From NCBI GenBank assembly GCA_003344405.1, contig NOWV01000019.1, positions 310,001 to 374,000 on the forward strand: DNA of 64,000 nucleotides, given 5' to 3'. The notes beneath the pieces were generated by a model, which saw only the letters and a list, made by a program, of their open reading frames with translations, was not told the DNA's origin and searched no databases. A program made the position numbers and the translations under genes. Of the stretch, positions 15,005 through 28,539 are shown one piece after another; positions within the stretch are counted from its first letter, which is position 1; the number at the start of each line of letters is the position of its first letter. The DNA is from Trichoplax sp. H2. Its lineage: Eukaryota.

Positions 15005-15960
15005 AATTTTAAATGTATTTATTGAACTTCCGTTGGGATCAAAAGTAGCGTACGTATAATTACAAAGATTATTAACCATCTAAGACTTGATGATTTTGTC
15101 CTGCTGCTGTTGAAACAGCTAAGCGAATAATTTATTTAGATAGCGAATTTCAATTGGAATTATATCTAACGTCAATATTATTGTACAGATTGTTAAATTT
15201 ATGTGAGAGTTTATCCACTCATCGTGCTATTATTGAAAATCATTAAGCAAATAACTTCGCTCATTTTAAATGTATTTATTGGATTCCAATTAGAATTATA
15301 ACTACCATCGATATGATTACGCAGATTAACATATACATTTGGGGATTCCTGCACTTGTCGTGCAACTGTTCGGACTAACGAAACAAATAATTATAGCTTA
15401 ATTCATTTTACTTGTATTTATTAGATTCCATTTTAAATTAAAACTATCGTCGAAGTAATACTGAGAATAACGAAGTGAATAATTAAAGTTATTTTATATG
15501 TATTTATTGGATTTTAATTGGAATCAGAAAGTGCGTTGGTGCACTTATGCACATTACTAAAGTCATCTCAGGATTCAAGCCTATCGTGCTGTAATGGAAA
15601 ATGAAAGGAAGAATTATATTTTTAACTCCTTTAAAAATCAATATATTGGATTCCAATTGGAATCATAATTGTCGTCAAAACTATATTGAGAATAACTAAG
15701 TGAATAACTGAATAGATTTTAAATGTATTTATTGGGTTTCAATTGAAGCCATAAGAATGTTTGTTGTACTATTGAGCAGATTGTTGTAATCATCTAAAGA
15801 TTTATGCAATTGCTATTCTATTTAAAAATAGTGAAACGAATAATTTAACTTATTTTATATATATACAAACTGGATTCCGAATACAATTATAATTGCTGTC
15901 AAGAATATTTTAACTCATTTCGTACGTATGTACGAGCTATTAGATTTCGATTAGAGTCAA
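15005..15960. repeat. Degenerate tandem array between the convergent ITPR-like and Sp 3' ends
   Basis: Core ttttaaatgtatttattggattccaattggaat recurs, with variation, at ~15008, 15264, 15405, 15492, 15630, 15717, 15860 and 15935. Confidence 0.7.
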
Positions 15961-16656
15961 ATTGTTGTCACTATTACTGTAAAGGTTATCAACTATATAA
16001 GAGTTGATACACTTGTGGTGCTGCTATTAAAGTGAACAATATCACCATTCCTAGAATAGATATTAAATTTTGCGAATCACATAGTGATGGCAACTTGAAG
16101 CTGGTGTTTTATTTTTCTTAAATTGTCCCAAGCTGTTTAAAATAAAAGTATATTTTGTACCTAATCGTTTAAAGTGTTTCGATATTTACACATGAAAATG
16201 GGTTTCCTTGGTAAGTATTCTATATTGGAATGGTCTGTAATTACTACCATGGACTGCTAGCTAGAATTCAAAAAAATCCGTGCCACAAGATGATTTCACA
16301 CTTTCAATTTTATTGAGATGATAAGTTTGTATGCGAACAAAAAAATTTTCGTAAGCTTGTATCAATTAATAAATTAGTCAAGAAAGGATTAACAAGGTGA
16401 CAAATAAGCATGATTACCATATATAAATAACAAATTATAAAAAAGGCACTGTTTTAGGAGATAGAAGTCAAATGAACCGTTATTCAGTCCAATCGTTGAA
16501 TATATTGAGAGAAAAACCCAATGGTCTAATTTGTAACAAAGACACGACTACAACGTGAGATATTTTTACATCAATCATTTACAACAAATGCTGGAGAAGA
16601 GCTACTCAACCTAGAATCTAACTACGAGAGCATACCTAGGTATGCTCAATAGAAAG

Positions 16657-16890
16657 TTATTAAAAGAAAGTAGGAAAATATAAGAAAATTGCAAGTTATC
16701 TCAATTTCATCGTGGAAGTACTAGCTGAAACCTCTTAAGATGTTTCCATTCACCGCATCATACCTTGGTAAGGTTAATAGAAATCGTTAAAAGAAAGCAG
16801 TATGTTATTAAAAAATTGCCAGTTATCTTCATTTCATATTGAAGGTACTAGCTGAAACCTGACTGGATGTTTACATTATTACTTCGGTAA
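16657..16890. repeat. Two-copy ~130-bp direct repeat, probably in the Sp 3' UTR
   Basis: ttaaaagaaag...aaaattgc(a/c)agttatct...atttcat...gtactagctgaaacct...gatgttt.catt appears twice. Confidence 0.7.
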
Positions 16891-17714
16891 GTAATTATGA
16901 CAGAACGTCACAGTAAATGTCAAAATCTTAAAATTGAAAATGGCAGCATAGGCATGTCAATTTCGCCAACAGTATTTTATGAATAGAAAAATGGGTACCA
17001 TGATAAAAATGCTTCAAAAAATTCGAGTAGATTTTAGAAAAAAGAGTTAAAATGGCAGCAAACTTGAAAGAAACACAAGACAAACCAAAGTACGACATAC
17101 CCAATTGAACGGGAAATGAATTATATTGGTATCAATAACTGAGGTTTACAAAGCGGAATAGAAATGAGTTAGCAAAAGATGAATAAAGTTTTGAGAAAAT
17201 TATAAGAATAGGATATCAGAAAATATTGATCGCGGTGAAGATCAATCATGATAGATAGCTAAATTCTTTTCTGGTCATAGCCTGACTGATTAATAAATAT
17301 AGTAGTAGGTTGAATATGTAAGGGATATAAAATATTGCATGGCATCTTTAAATTGATGATGGCATGATATGGCAATGATATTAATCTTGACTGTACATAA
17401 TAACGTAGAAAATAATGATCAATGCTATTCTTTAGCAATTTTTTTTCCTTAACTTATACACATGCTACAGTCTGACTGTCTGTGGAATAAATTGCGTGTG
17501 AATTATTGATAGATATAGATATGAGGAAAAGACGATATCATATACAAAAGTGGAACAGCAACTGCTGTAGCTACCTAGAGAAGTACACATAAACATGTTT
17601 ATACCGTTCATTGGTAAAGTTAGCACAGCATGACATAAGCTCCAAGGGAAGCTATAAAATTGAAATTTGTAAATGAAGAGTAAAGTTAAACATTGTTCGA
17701 GCATCGCTTTCCCA

Positions 17715-20700
17715 TCAGTTTTCGCTCTTGAAGGCAAGGCGAGCAGCATTGCCCCTTTTAGGATTATTATGTGTTTTCATATGCTTGGATAAATGATCGC
17801 TTCTCATAAAGCGTTTGCTGCAGACTTTGCAAACAAATCGTTTCTCCCCTGTATGTGTTCTTAGATGGCGTTGTAATTCATCTGATCGAGTAAATCGCTT
17901 ACCACAAAAGAGCCAATTGCAGACGAAAGGTCTTTCACCGCTATGCCAACGCAAGTGTGCCTTTAAATGTGATGTTTTAGTATATACTTTACCACAGTCA
18001 GCAATATGACAAATATGTTGCGCTTTACGTCGGGGTACAGGCTGGCCAGTAGCAGCCAAACGTTCATTTTCTTGACAGTATAGACAATTACAACTTGATC
18101 GATTTCCACCGTATCGACGTCCACTAGTTTGTTTGGTTGACGACTGAATTTTTTTATTGCCATTACTATTTAATTGATTGCTGTGTAATCTTGACGGCGA
18201 TGAAGTTGGGTTAGGAGAATTGCTATTCATAGTAGACTCACTTGGCAGTTTGCTTGGTTTATTATCGCTTGGTGTATTGACTGGACTTGCTATGGATTCG
18301 TGATCGACATTTTGCCAGATATTATCGTTGACTGCAGCTGTCATTGTAGGTTTAACCACTAATGTTCCCGCATTTTGTAGTAATTTTGGATTGGTTGAAG
18401 GAGCTACAGCAATCATTGGTGGCCAGATGGCTTTCCCTAACAGTTGTGGATGGATTAATGGGCTAGTTGGCAAGGCTACGGGAGCATAACCTGAAATTAA
18501 GTTGTTATCGCTGCCCGTTCTGAAATCGTAAAATTGATATGGTTGAATAGCTAAAGTAGGAGAGTGAGCAACCGTGATAAACTGCGGCGACAGAGGATGG
18601 CCAACGGTAGTAGGATTACTTATGGTGTTTGCAGTGGTTACTGCTGTTTATAGGATTCCACCAGAGTCATGATATTAATAAAGAATACAAGTAGAAAAAT
18701 TCAGTTTGATTTTAATATCAATCAATCAATGCAACAGACTAGTGGTATAAAAATCCATTGTATAAAATAGTCTACATCCTTTTTATCCTTCAATATATAT
18801 GTATAGGTTACGGCCAAAACCCGAAGTTGGCCAATACGCGTATTGGCCGGAATTCGGGTTTTGGCCGTAACATATATACATTATTGATGATCAAAATCGA
18901 TGACAGCTGAATGATTGATAAAGGAGTTTATGACATAGATCACTGCAAAATAATAGTATCACTAGACAGCTAGGCGATATTACATAATGTATCCTTAACT
19001 TTATCACGCTTGATGTCTCTTTGTCAATAAAGATCAATCAATTCATTACAGTAGGAGTTATAGTAGGATTTGGCTGGCTGCATTGTTCGTTGAAATAATG
19101 CATCATGACTTTGCAATGTAGGATATGCTGTAACCTGTAAGTTATTCAATCCTTTGGGTGACAAATGCTATAGGAGACAGTAGCATGAATAAATAATTCA
19201 TCTCGATTGGTGTTAAAATCTATGCTAATAATTAATTCATTGTAAATCATTTACAACCGTAGCAGTTACTGCTGCCATAGATTATGAATGTGTCGGAGAA
19301 TAACAATAACACTGCAATCGAAGCTATACGGGAAAGTTAGTCTATACTTTAGGTGGCAAATGCTATTGGAGACAGCAGAAAGAATAGGCATAATATTATG
19401 TTTCCTGGTGATATTCATACCAACTATTGTACATCCTTTACAGCAGTAGTTACTGTAAGCATTGGATACCTTTTTGGTTTACTTATTAAATAATGTATTA
19501 CTATCGTGCAAGTTAGTTAGGCCATTGAAGAAAGTAGCATAGAACTCAATATCAATAACTTGATCCCATTTTGATTTCTCAATCCGTGTTGACCGTTGTC
19601 AATCATGAACAGCAGCAGCAGTGATTACAGAAAATCACTTATTATGCGATGTTGTTAAATGTTGGCCAACAATTCTCCAATCTAGGCTATATACTGAAAG
19701 TTGATTAATATACCTTTGATAACAAAATGATATGAGAGATAATATTAGCATGGATGCTCAGCTCAATAGTCTTGGTTCAAACTTGATGAACTTCATCACA
19801 TTTATTATGCGATGTTGTTAAATGATGGCCAACCATTCCCCAATCTAGGCTACATACTGAAAGTTGATCAATATACCTTTGATAGCAAAATGATATGAGA
19901 GATAATAATAACATGAATGCTTAGCTCAATAGCCTTGGTTCATGCTTGATGAAATTCATCACGTTTCAAGTCGACAACTATTATACATTAATGACAGCAG
20001 TAGCAGTTGGTGTTGGAATGTGCTGTATTGAGAATGGGCTAATTGATGTCCAACGAACGATGTTGCAATGCATTATAATGTAAAAATATCCTACAAGACA
20101 CTCCATTATTTGTAGCAAGACCGATAGTTCGAGATAATAGCTATGAAAATATACAGCTATCTAGCATTGGTTAATATGTCTTTAACCTCATCAAGTTTCA
20201 TGCCAATATCCAGTATACATCATTTAGAACAGTTGGAGGCAGTGTCGGAAATTTGCCGTATTGCTAATTTGTTGAATAAAGGACAACTACACTGTCATCT
20301 TAATTTAGGATATACTGGAAGTTAGTCAGTACTTGCAATTATCAATGTTATTGGAGATGATCTTTGATCACGTTCCATGTCAACAATGTCAATCATTTAT
20401 AGCAGTTGCAGTTATAACAGCAATTTGCAATACAGTATTGCTAAGTTGAATAACTACAGTGAACAATTGTGCTGTAATGCCGGATAGATTAGAAATCAGT
20501 CAATACTTTGAATGCTGTTGATCATGTTGCATGTCTTTATCCATGTCAATCATTGTTAACTTTCAACAGTAGCAATCTGAGAATAGCAAAAATGGCCCCA
20601 AATTCTGCCCACTAGACCTCAAAACTATGCACTGGTAGCAGCAGCAGATACAATAAGAATCTGCTGTTGTATTGCTTGAATGATGATGCACAACGATGCT

Positions 20701-21080
20701 ATCGTAGTGCCGTGAGTTTAGCCTTAACGTTCAATTCTACATTAGCATTAAAATTACTAATTTGTGCTACAGTAACATTTTAACTTTATTCTAGCTATCA
20801 TCCAACTATTTATAGCTTCGTTAATATAGTAATAAAAGAGGCTGAATGATACAGCACTACAGCCAGATCGATATTAACTATTGCTTGGTGCATCAGGCGT
20901 TGCCATATACAATCCAAGGAAAAATTATGGAAGACGGACTATTGATCCTAGCAAACAGCTTATCCTAATATTTTTTTGCATTATCCACTAACCTTCAATC
21001 ATATTAGGATGGACTAAAGGTGTAGTCTGTTGTCCAATTCGATTACATGTTGCAGCTAAAAGGGCCAGAGGCGTTGCCAT
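17715..21080 (-). CDS. Sp6-9: Sp-family (Sp6-9/Sp8-9 clade) C2H2 zinc-finger transcription factor, ~338 aa, coding exons 21080-20993 and 18643-17715
   Basis: Exon 1 reads [16 protein letters not shown] (Sp box) and ends GAAG|gttagt (phase 1). It joins in frame at cag|CAGTA (18643). Exon 2 has [17 protein letters not shown] (Btd box, Sp8/9-type RRY-G-R--C-C--CQE-ERL) and three fingers with [35 protein letters not shown] and [12 protein letters not shown]. Confidence 0.93.
18807..18871. mobile_element. 65-bp near-perfect GC-rich palindrome in the Sp intron (MITE-like/foldback element)
   Basis: gttacggccaaaacccgaa and ttcgggttttggccgtaac are exact reverse complements, and the centre ggccaatacgcgtattggcc is a perfect palindrome. 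Flanks are (TA)n-like. The hairpin is directly visible; the mobile origin is inferred. Confidence 0.5.
19050..20600. repeat. Degenerate repeat array in the Sp intron, including a recent 163-bp tandem duplication (~19639-19961)
   Basis: ttattatgcgatgttgttaaatg...tctaggcta.atactgaaagttgat.aatatacctttgata...cttgatgaa.ttcatcac occurs twice. Older copies share atact(g/gg)aagtt(g/a) and aatgcta(t)ggaga. Confidence 0.75.
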
Positions 21081-21289
21081 CTTGATTTTTCACTTGAACG
21101 ATTTCAGCCAAAAATAGGATTGGATTTAGGCAATATCAATATCTAATGACATTATTCAAAAGAAAAAAAGTTCAGTTCATTCAAATCAATATAAAATTAG
21201 GCTTTCTTCTTTATAAAATGACTATAAATCTTGTCAATTCTAATCATGATAATCTCTCCTTAGTTGTGTCATAAAGTTCATATTGGTAG

Positions 21290-21990
21290 GTTGTGGACTA
21301 GAATTGAAGAAAATTAAAGCTAAATTTAACTACTGTATAATTTTTCAGTGCCTTCTCGTTTCTTATTCATGATATTGTTGTGTAATAAGGTTGATATTGG
21401 CAAGTCGTAGGCTAGAATTGAAGAAAATTAAAGCTAAATTCACTTACTGTGAACGTAACTTGTTAGTGACTACTCGTTTCTTATTCATTAAGCATGGTTA
21501 AAAATACAATAATTAAAATTAAGGCCAACTTCAAATACTGTATATCTTGCCAATGCCTCTTCGTTTCTTGTTCATCAAGTATGGTAAACAAATACAACAA
21601 CTACTACAGGTTTGAAGAAAAAGGCAGCCAAAATTTAGCAAGTATAAAGTTTGTCAGTTTCAACGACGTCCTCTCTCGTTATTGGTGTGAGATTTGCAAT
21701 TTCTACCACAAGGTTGAAGAAAACAACAGCTAAACCCAAATTGCTGTTGAACTTGTCAGTACCTACTCATGGTTGAAGAAAACGACAGCCAAAATCAAGC
21801 TACTGTATAACTTAGTCAGTGCCTCCTCCTTTCTTGCTAAAGCAGTATGGTTGACAATTAACAATTTGTAATGTAGAGTTGAAGAAATTGGCAGCCAAGA
21901 TTAAACTAGTGTAGAACTTGTCAGTGCCAGTTCTTGCTATTTCAGTAAAGTCGACATTGGCAATTTCTACTCGCTGTTTCTCGCTATTTT
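21290..21990. repeat. Degenerate array of about 7 units (~60-120 bp) just upstream of the Sp start codon
   Basis: ttgaagaaaa...agc(t/c)aaa...tactgta...tcagtgcct.ctcgtttctt recurs at ~21304, 21418, 21611, 21713, 21773 and 21879. Confidence 0.75.
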
Positions 21991-24900
21991 AGTGAGGCAA
22001 GTTGTACGCTAGGATTGAAATAGGAATCACAACTAAAATGGAACCAGTCCGCTTCCGTTTTCACTACTCGAGTTGTTTATGTTTATTTAGAGATGGTGGG
22101 TTTGAGATGAGCTAGTTGGACGATTGTAGATCACAGTCTAACATCAATGTCATGCCCTGTGGAGATTTAAGCCATTAAAACAGGAGTAGTAAAGGGGCAA
22201 TTTCCTTGCATAATCCCGTTTCATGTGGGTCATGGATGACGAACAACAGTCTAATTGATTAGTAATCATTTGTATCCACGTTCAATTGAATGATGGCACC
22301 TCTTCCCTTTGATAATTGTTGACTACCGTAGTGCAATCAAGACAAACTCATTCGGATTGACTCAATTACCTATTTTATTTTTTTCTACTTGTCTTTTACA
22401 ATAATCCATTTCTCTTTGTCGTAGAATCGATGTAGCAAAGAATAATGATTGTAGATAGAATGGGTGGTAATTGTTTTATTAAGACGAGCTATTCAAAGGA
22501 AGATGCTCTTCTATTTTATTGCCTCTTTTCCTCTTTACAGAAATTGAGTTTAGTCCAATGATAATGCTGTACCAATAGTATACATGGTTGTAATAGGTAA
22601 ACTAAGTCTATTGGATAACATGTTATAGATTGGGAAAGACTACAGTTGAATCTGCAAGAAATATTAGAGTAGAGAGAGGAGAAAAAAAAAACTTCATGTC
22701 TACTGTGTCCGAGTTGTACCGGATGATTCAGTCGACTAGTCATGCAGAGGTTGCAAGTCTTATCCTTGAAGGCGTAGCTGGAGAAATGATCCATTTTAAA
22801 CCTCTTTCTATCATGATGGAATTCAATCTAATGTAGCCTCATGTTGGAATCTCTTTTTTACAAAAATGACAACCCTTATTCAATATGTAGCCAACTAAGT
22901 CATGATTAAAATGGTAGGTCGTGATCATGGATAGGGTAGAGGAGTAGACATGGTATTGATATTGGCTTGTTGCATCAGTGGATAGCAATATCGGCCATTT
23001 CCCTGTTCTTACCTCATCAACTGCAAAGCCTATCCCTAACTAGGCCAAAGTTCTTGGCATCATGAGTGTAGAATCAGCTTAGTCGATAAAATTACTTTAT
23101 CTAAGCGACACTCACCGTTGATAATTTTCTATTTTCTTCCACTTTTTCTCTCTACCCTGCAAGATTTCAATAACTAGGCCAAAAATGGGTGGTAATAGCA
23201 ACCTCCAAGATGCAAAGAGTTTACTCTAGGCAATTAATGACGTGAGAAATGACCTTTTCAGCTTAATTGATCTTGCTAAATTTCACCTAAATGGAGATGA
23301 AGAGGATAGAAAATCAATTGATCCGAAAGCCCTTCTTTTTTCTTTTATTTTTTCCACTTGACACAGTCAGTAAAAGTGTATATTCAAAAAGAGCGTTGAT
23401 GTCGATTTTTGAAGGATGGCTAAGCTAGACTTTATGGCTGTTGGATGGATAAATTGTATATAGATCGACTATCAAGGCTTGCAAGTGCAAAAAGTAAATG
23501 AAAGGACGATGGATGGGAGGCGGAGTATCTTGGATAGAAGAGACAAAGTAATGAGACGAGAATGGCAGAAACAATAAGCAGAAGGTTAAGGGCCATAGGC
23601 TTGATGGCCAATGAATCCAACGTGAACAATAACATCATCAGACATAGGCAAAAAGGAAAAAACAATCAAGGCATTTCCTTGATCATGTCATGCAAAGCAT
23701 TCTATACATAGGCTATAGCCATGATGGATTGAATTCGATTCCAAATTAATATGCAATGCATATTTTGCAGGCATTGTTTGCATTGTGCGGGCGTAGACTA
23801 GGAGACCACCTACAGTAAACATAACGGTGTTGAGCATTGAGTTTACTGTTGAAAATGGATCAAAAGGGCTTGAAAGAGTGACAAACAAGGTGGACAAGGA
23901 GCGTCCATTGCTAGTCCAATGTTGATTTCTACCATGACGACAGTAAGAGAAGATACAAGTACACGATCCAAGCAGGGTACAAGAATTCAGAAGTGATGAT
24001 GGAAAGGAAAGGGGGTTGGTCAATTTACGCCTGCTTGATTTATACTGGTCAACTTGTAAATAAGATATAATCAACAGCTTGGAGGTGCAAACTCATGTTA
24101 TTCAACTGACTAGAATGATTCCCCTGTGCAATCCAGAGGAATTGGATAGCATTCTCTATTCTAATTGATAATATAACACAGTGTATTTTAACAGTCTACA
24201 CCAGTGTTGACTTATCATTATTCATGCTAGACTTGGCTATTCTCCTTCATTCCTTTTTTTTCCAGTTGGATTATTCTTATTCTATCCTACGTTGATGCAC
24301 TTTGTTGACAGTAGTGACGATAACAACGTTGTTATCCATTTTGTTGACTACTCTAGTGTACTCTACCATTGGCTATAAAATGCAACTCTCTCTCTCTCTA
24401 CAGTACAGGACTCCAGGCTGAACAAATAGATTGACAAACAACCAAGGAGAGGATTAAAATGGAGTCACAACAGCAATGGAGATGATCAGCGGAGTCTCAA
24501 CTGTCCTGATTGATTGAGTGATAACAGTAAAGAGAGCATTTTATGCTGTAAAATTAGAAGAGAGTGCAAACATTCTATTCATGGATGTTGTGCAATTCTG
24601 GTAAATCAGGAAGGATTTTATCCGTTGACAAGATAATGAAACAGCATTGCCATTGACGATTCTTCTCGCTGCTAGTGGGGCACCATGCTCCTATCAAGTA
24701 GCCTGATTTATCTACAGTAGATAAACTTTTTCTGTAAAGTATCACGCAGAGATGATAAGGCATTGGTGATTATTTCCTATTGTTTGTACATAGTCGAGGA
24801 AATGGCCAAGAAATGAGAGAGAGAATGGACTTCTCTACAGGAGCAGTGTAGATTAGAAGGAGGTATTTAAAGAATGCCCGCTCAGACTTCATTGCCCTAT

Positions 24901-25734
24901 CAATGCGGCCAGGTTCAGACTCCACAGTGAAGAATCAAGACATTTCGTATGTTGATGGCAGTCATCATTGTTAAGAAGGAAACTCCCTTCGTATTTCACT
25001 TACAGCCCATCATCAAGCTTATTTGACCTCTTATTTCCATAGTGTTGCTATCTAATAAAATTTGAGAGCAAGTTCTTTTCGTTGATGCTATGAAATTTCC
25101 TCCCCCTCTTTACTATCCGATAAGTAACCCCCATCGTAACAGACATTTTGAGCTTCTACCTACACCATGGAATCACTTTATTTTCTGTCTAGATTAAGAT
25201 TTATTGTAAGCTTCCTTATCTATCTGTTTCATAGATAAGCCATAGATAAGGAGTACTTGGTCGATAAGCACTCATTTTATGAAGATTATTGATGGATGTA
25301 TATTCTCCGATACGGCTTATATCTAAGAGTTTTAATTTCTGTTGTAGTCAAGTTTAATAAATTTGTAGATACACAATCAAATCAACTTTCTTTTTCTGCC
25401 TTGACCAAGATCAATTTATGCTTTAATTTCTTACGTATGTGTTTAATTTAGTTGTGTTATCAAGACAGTTACCTTTGCATTCAAGGTTCAATGCTTTAAG
25501 CTATTCGTTGTACCGATTTCAAGAGTGCTTTCTTGGTTGATATAATTCTAAGCAGTAATTGCTCTGTAAATATACTGGCAGCCGCAAACTTGATATAGTG
25601 TAAACGGGAGAATGCAAGTACTTTTTACGTCTGGATCGAGCTTAGTTTAGTAGTGCTAATCGAGTCCATTTTCCTTTAATTAATTCATTATTGAAGCTCC
25701 CTTTCTTATTCTAATGGCTAAGTACTCACGGTAA

Positions 25735-26715
25735 CACATTTAGAAAAGCAATTTCTACGTCCAATAAAGTGCAATCACCAAGGGCAATATCACTACGTGT
25801 AAACTACTGCTATGACTGTGCTGTTGCTAATTTAATTGCTAAGCACCGATAGTAAGACATTTACCAATGTAATTTCTCTATTCTATACGTGTAAAATAAT
25901 GCAATGATCTGTAGATTCCTTCATGACAGCCTCACGAAGCATAACTAACATGCTTCTACGAGAATTTCTGCTATTACTCTACTAACTACTGCTCGCTCCT
26001 AATCGCTAAGTCTGATAGTAAGACATTTGAGAATGCCATTTTCCATCCAGTAGCAGAGGATCATCAGTGACAACATCACTGCGAACATTTCTGGTAATAC
26101 CCTAGCGATTACTGCTAGTTGCTAATCACGAAACCCCAATGGTAAGACATTTGAGAATGTCATTCGCCATCTCATTCAGTAGCAGAGAATCATCAAGGAC
26201 ATCACGTCGAGTATTCCAAGTATTCCCCTACCAATTGCTGCTAATTCCTAACGAATAGAGTCTATCATTTCTAAGCATCCTCAGTAAGACATTTGAGAAT
26301 CCCATTTCTTCATCCGTCAGAATACCACAGTAGTCTGTAAAGTCATCATCCATAGTAACATGGCAACGCCTAAAATGCTCCTTCGCTCAACACTCGTTAG
26401 TCGCTATTGGAAAATGCAATTTCTCCAGTCGGTGGAACAAGAATCCTCATCGACAACATATCTCTAGGCATCAAATACTAAGACGAGTATTTCTGCTACT
26501 GGTCTATGACAACTACTGTATGTTGTAAATACTATAGAAAGACATTTATTTACCAATGGTATTTGCAAATCCAGCTGGCTGCAATCGCCTATGTCAACAT
26601 GACTTGACGTCAAGATAACTGCTACTACAGATCACTACCGATGCGATCTAAACCCCTTCCGGGAAATCGCGAAAGGCATTGATTTACAGTAATTCAAGTG
26701 GACATTTTCCATCGA
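25735..26715. repeat. Degenerate array of ~125-165-bp units
   Basis: gtaagacattt(gagaatg) at ~25852, 26018, 26142 and 26284; weaker copies at ~25736, 26410, 26540 and 26700. Confidence 0.7.
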
Positions 26716-27411
26716 CAAATGGCAAGATCCCAAGCCATGACGTAATCTTTTTCCCCATAGGATGAAATAAACGACCGAGGGGATGAAATTTAAATCAACC
26801 TTTGCTGAAAGATTGGGCGTATACTCCTATCTATCCGCCATCTCAGCCAATGGATAGTATTCTGAGCCACTCTTTCCGCTGGAAGTAGTGTAGGATAACA
26901 TGTCCACTGTGAGACATGTTGATGACAGCATTTTGGCTGCAGGTTTCTATGGCCTTTTCTACCGTCATAGACAGCTAAAACAATCAAGACGGCTCCAAAA
27001 AGGGGGAGGGAAAGGAGGTGCAGCCTCCAGTTTTAAATATGCCAATTTAATTTGACACTCCTAAAAAGAATGATAGGCGTTCCCGCTCGAGTGCATCCAA
27101 GCAGCAAAGACAAGAAATGGAAGCACCCGCTGCTTGTCTTCTATTCGATAGGCGGATCATCAGTAATAAAGAACCAGGTGTTGAGCTGATAGACAAGGTC
27201 GTTATTCTGTTGCAATCTGCCATGACTAATCTCTCTCTTGTATTGTATAGGTTGATTTCTCTCTTTTCAACCGGTAGACATGTCGAAAGCAAATGGCCGG
27301 TGGGTGTTGACTACATGCTCATCATTGGCAGGGTATTGCAAACGTCGTGGAAAAAAAAACAAGCATCAGATTGGTCGGGAAGTTAGCCCTTATAATATCA
27401 TCCTTCAACCC

Positions 27412-27570
27412 ATGGATCAATTGGGCTTCTATCTTGGCTGCGTGATGGCAGTCCAACTGGAAATGGAAAGCCGATAGAATCAAGATATCATCAATCAATT
27501 GGATTTTAGATTCAATCGATGGATCGATTGGGCTTCCATCTTGGTTGCGTGCTGGCAGTTCGACTGGACA
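27412..27570. repeat. Two-copy ~50-bp direct repeat, 107 bp apart
   Basis: atggatc(a/g)attgggcttc(t/c)atcttgg(c/t)tgcgtg(a/c)tggcagt(c/t)c(a/g)actgga at 27412 and 27519. Confidence 0.75.
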
Positions 27571-28539
27571 TGAAGGAATGGAAAGGAAATGACTATCAAC
27601 ATCAACAAGGATGTGCTACGTTACAGATTTGCTCAATGTATCCCTCCAATTTTGAGCCAATAATGGCGAACCTCAAGGATTACAGAACCCATTCACAACA
27701 ATCAACGATAACCTACCTTGCAACGGTTTCCTGCTCCCCTGAGTAGCAACATGACTAAGCCGATAGATAGTTCAAGCCATGTCCGATTAATCTTGATTCT
27801 ATCAATTCGTTCTTGGCTATGGAATCAACATGGCTAAGGTCAAGTTAACCATTACTATCCATCGTCAGCACTACAATCGAGATTGACAACAGGCAGTGAT
27901 CGATATTCATCCCTATAAAATTTGCCTTCTTAAGTCTTCTTTTCCCCACGGTCAGACGGGCCCTATCACAACCCTTCCTGCAATCATTAACACGAAAGGA
28001 AACACCTATGTGGAAATGGCGTCATATCTGCTTGAACGGTAGAAAGGAATAGCCTTGCAGTCATTGGTCCCCCAGGTAAAAATCAAATTCCAGTTGCCTA
28101 TTACACTAAGCAAACTACAGTAATGAAGAGTAGACAAGTTGATCGTTCTACTGGTCATGTTGAGAAATGCCTTTGCTTTAATAGTGGGATACTCTGCGTT
28201 TCTACTTTGCAGTACTCTTGGACAGTATCGCATGGAGTAATTGCTGGGATAGATGGAATAATCTTGTTCTGTTTAAGCGATTGATTGGTGTCGTTATTTC
28301 AATAATTGAGTCAGATAAAATAATAAGCCAGCTCCCAATAGGTCTACTACAAATTGTGCAGCTTGACTAGCTTGCATTGGTGATTAGAACAGTCTTTTCT
28401 AATGAATCATCCGTTTAGTACAGTAGTCACACAGATCTTGCAAGGGCTGATTCCTACGGTATTTCGGCATCGTAGATGCTGGATTCTTCTATCCTATTAG
28501 CACTACTTGTGCTTGCAAGGTAACTTGATTGTTCTCCTC

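Noticed and set aside
17465-18163. ORFs 17465-17749, 17815-18009 and 17963-18163
   Set aside because: Alternative-frame or antisense shadows of the Sp zinc-finger exon and its 3' UTR.
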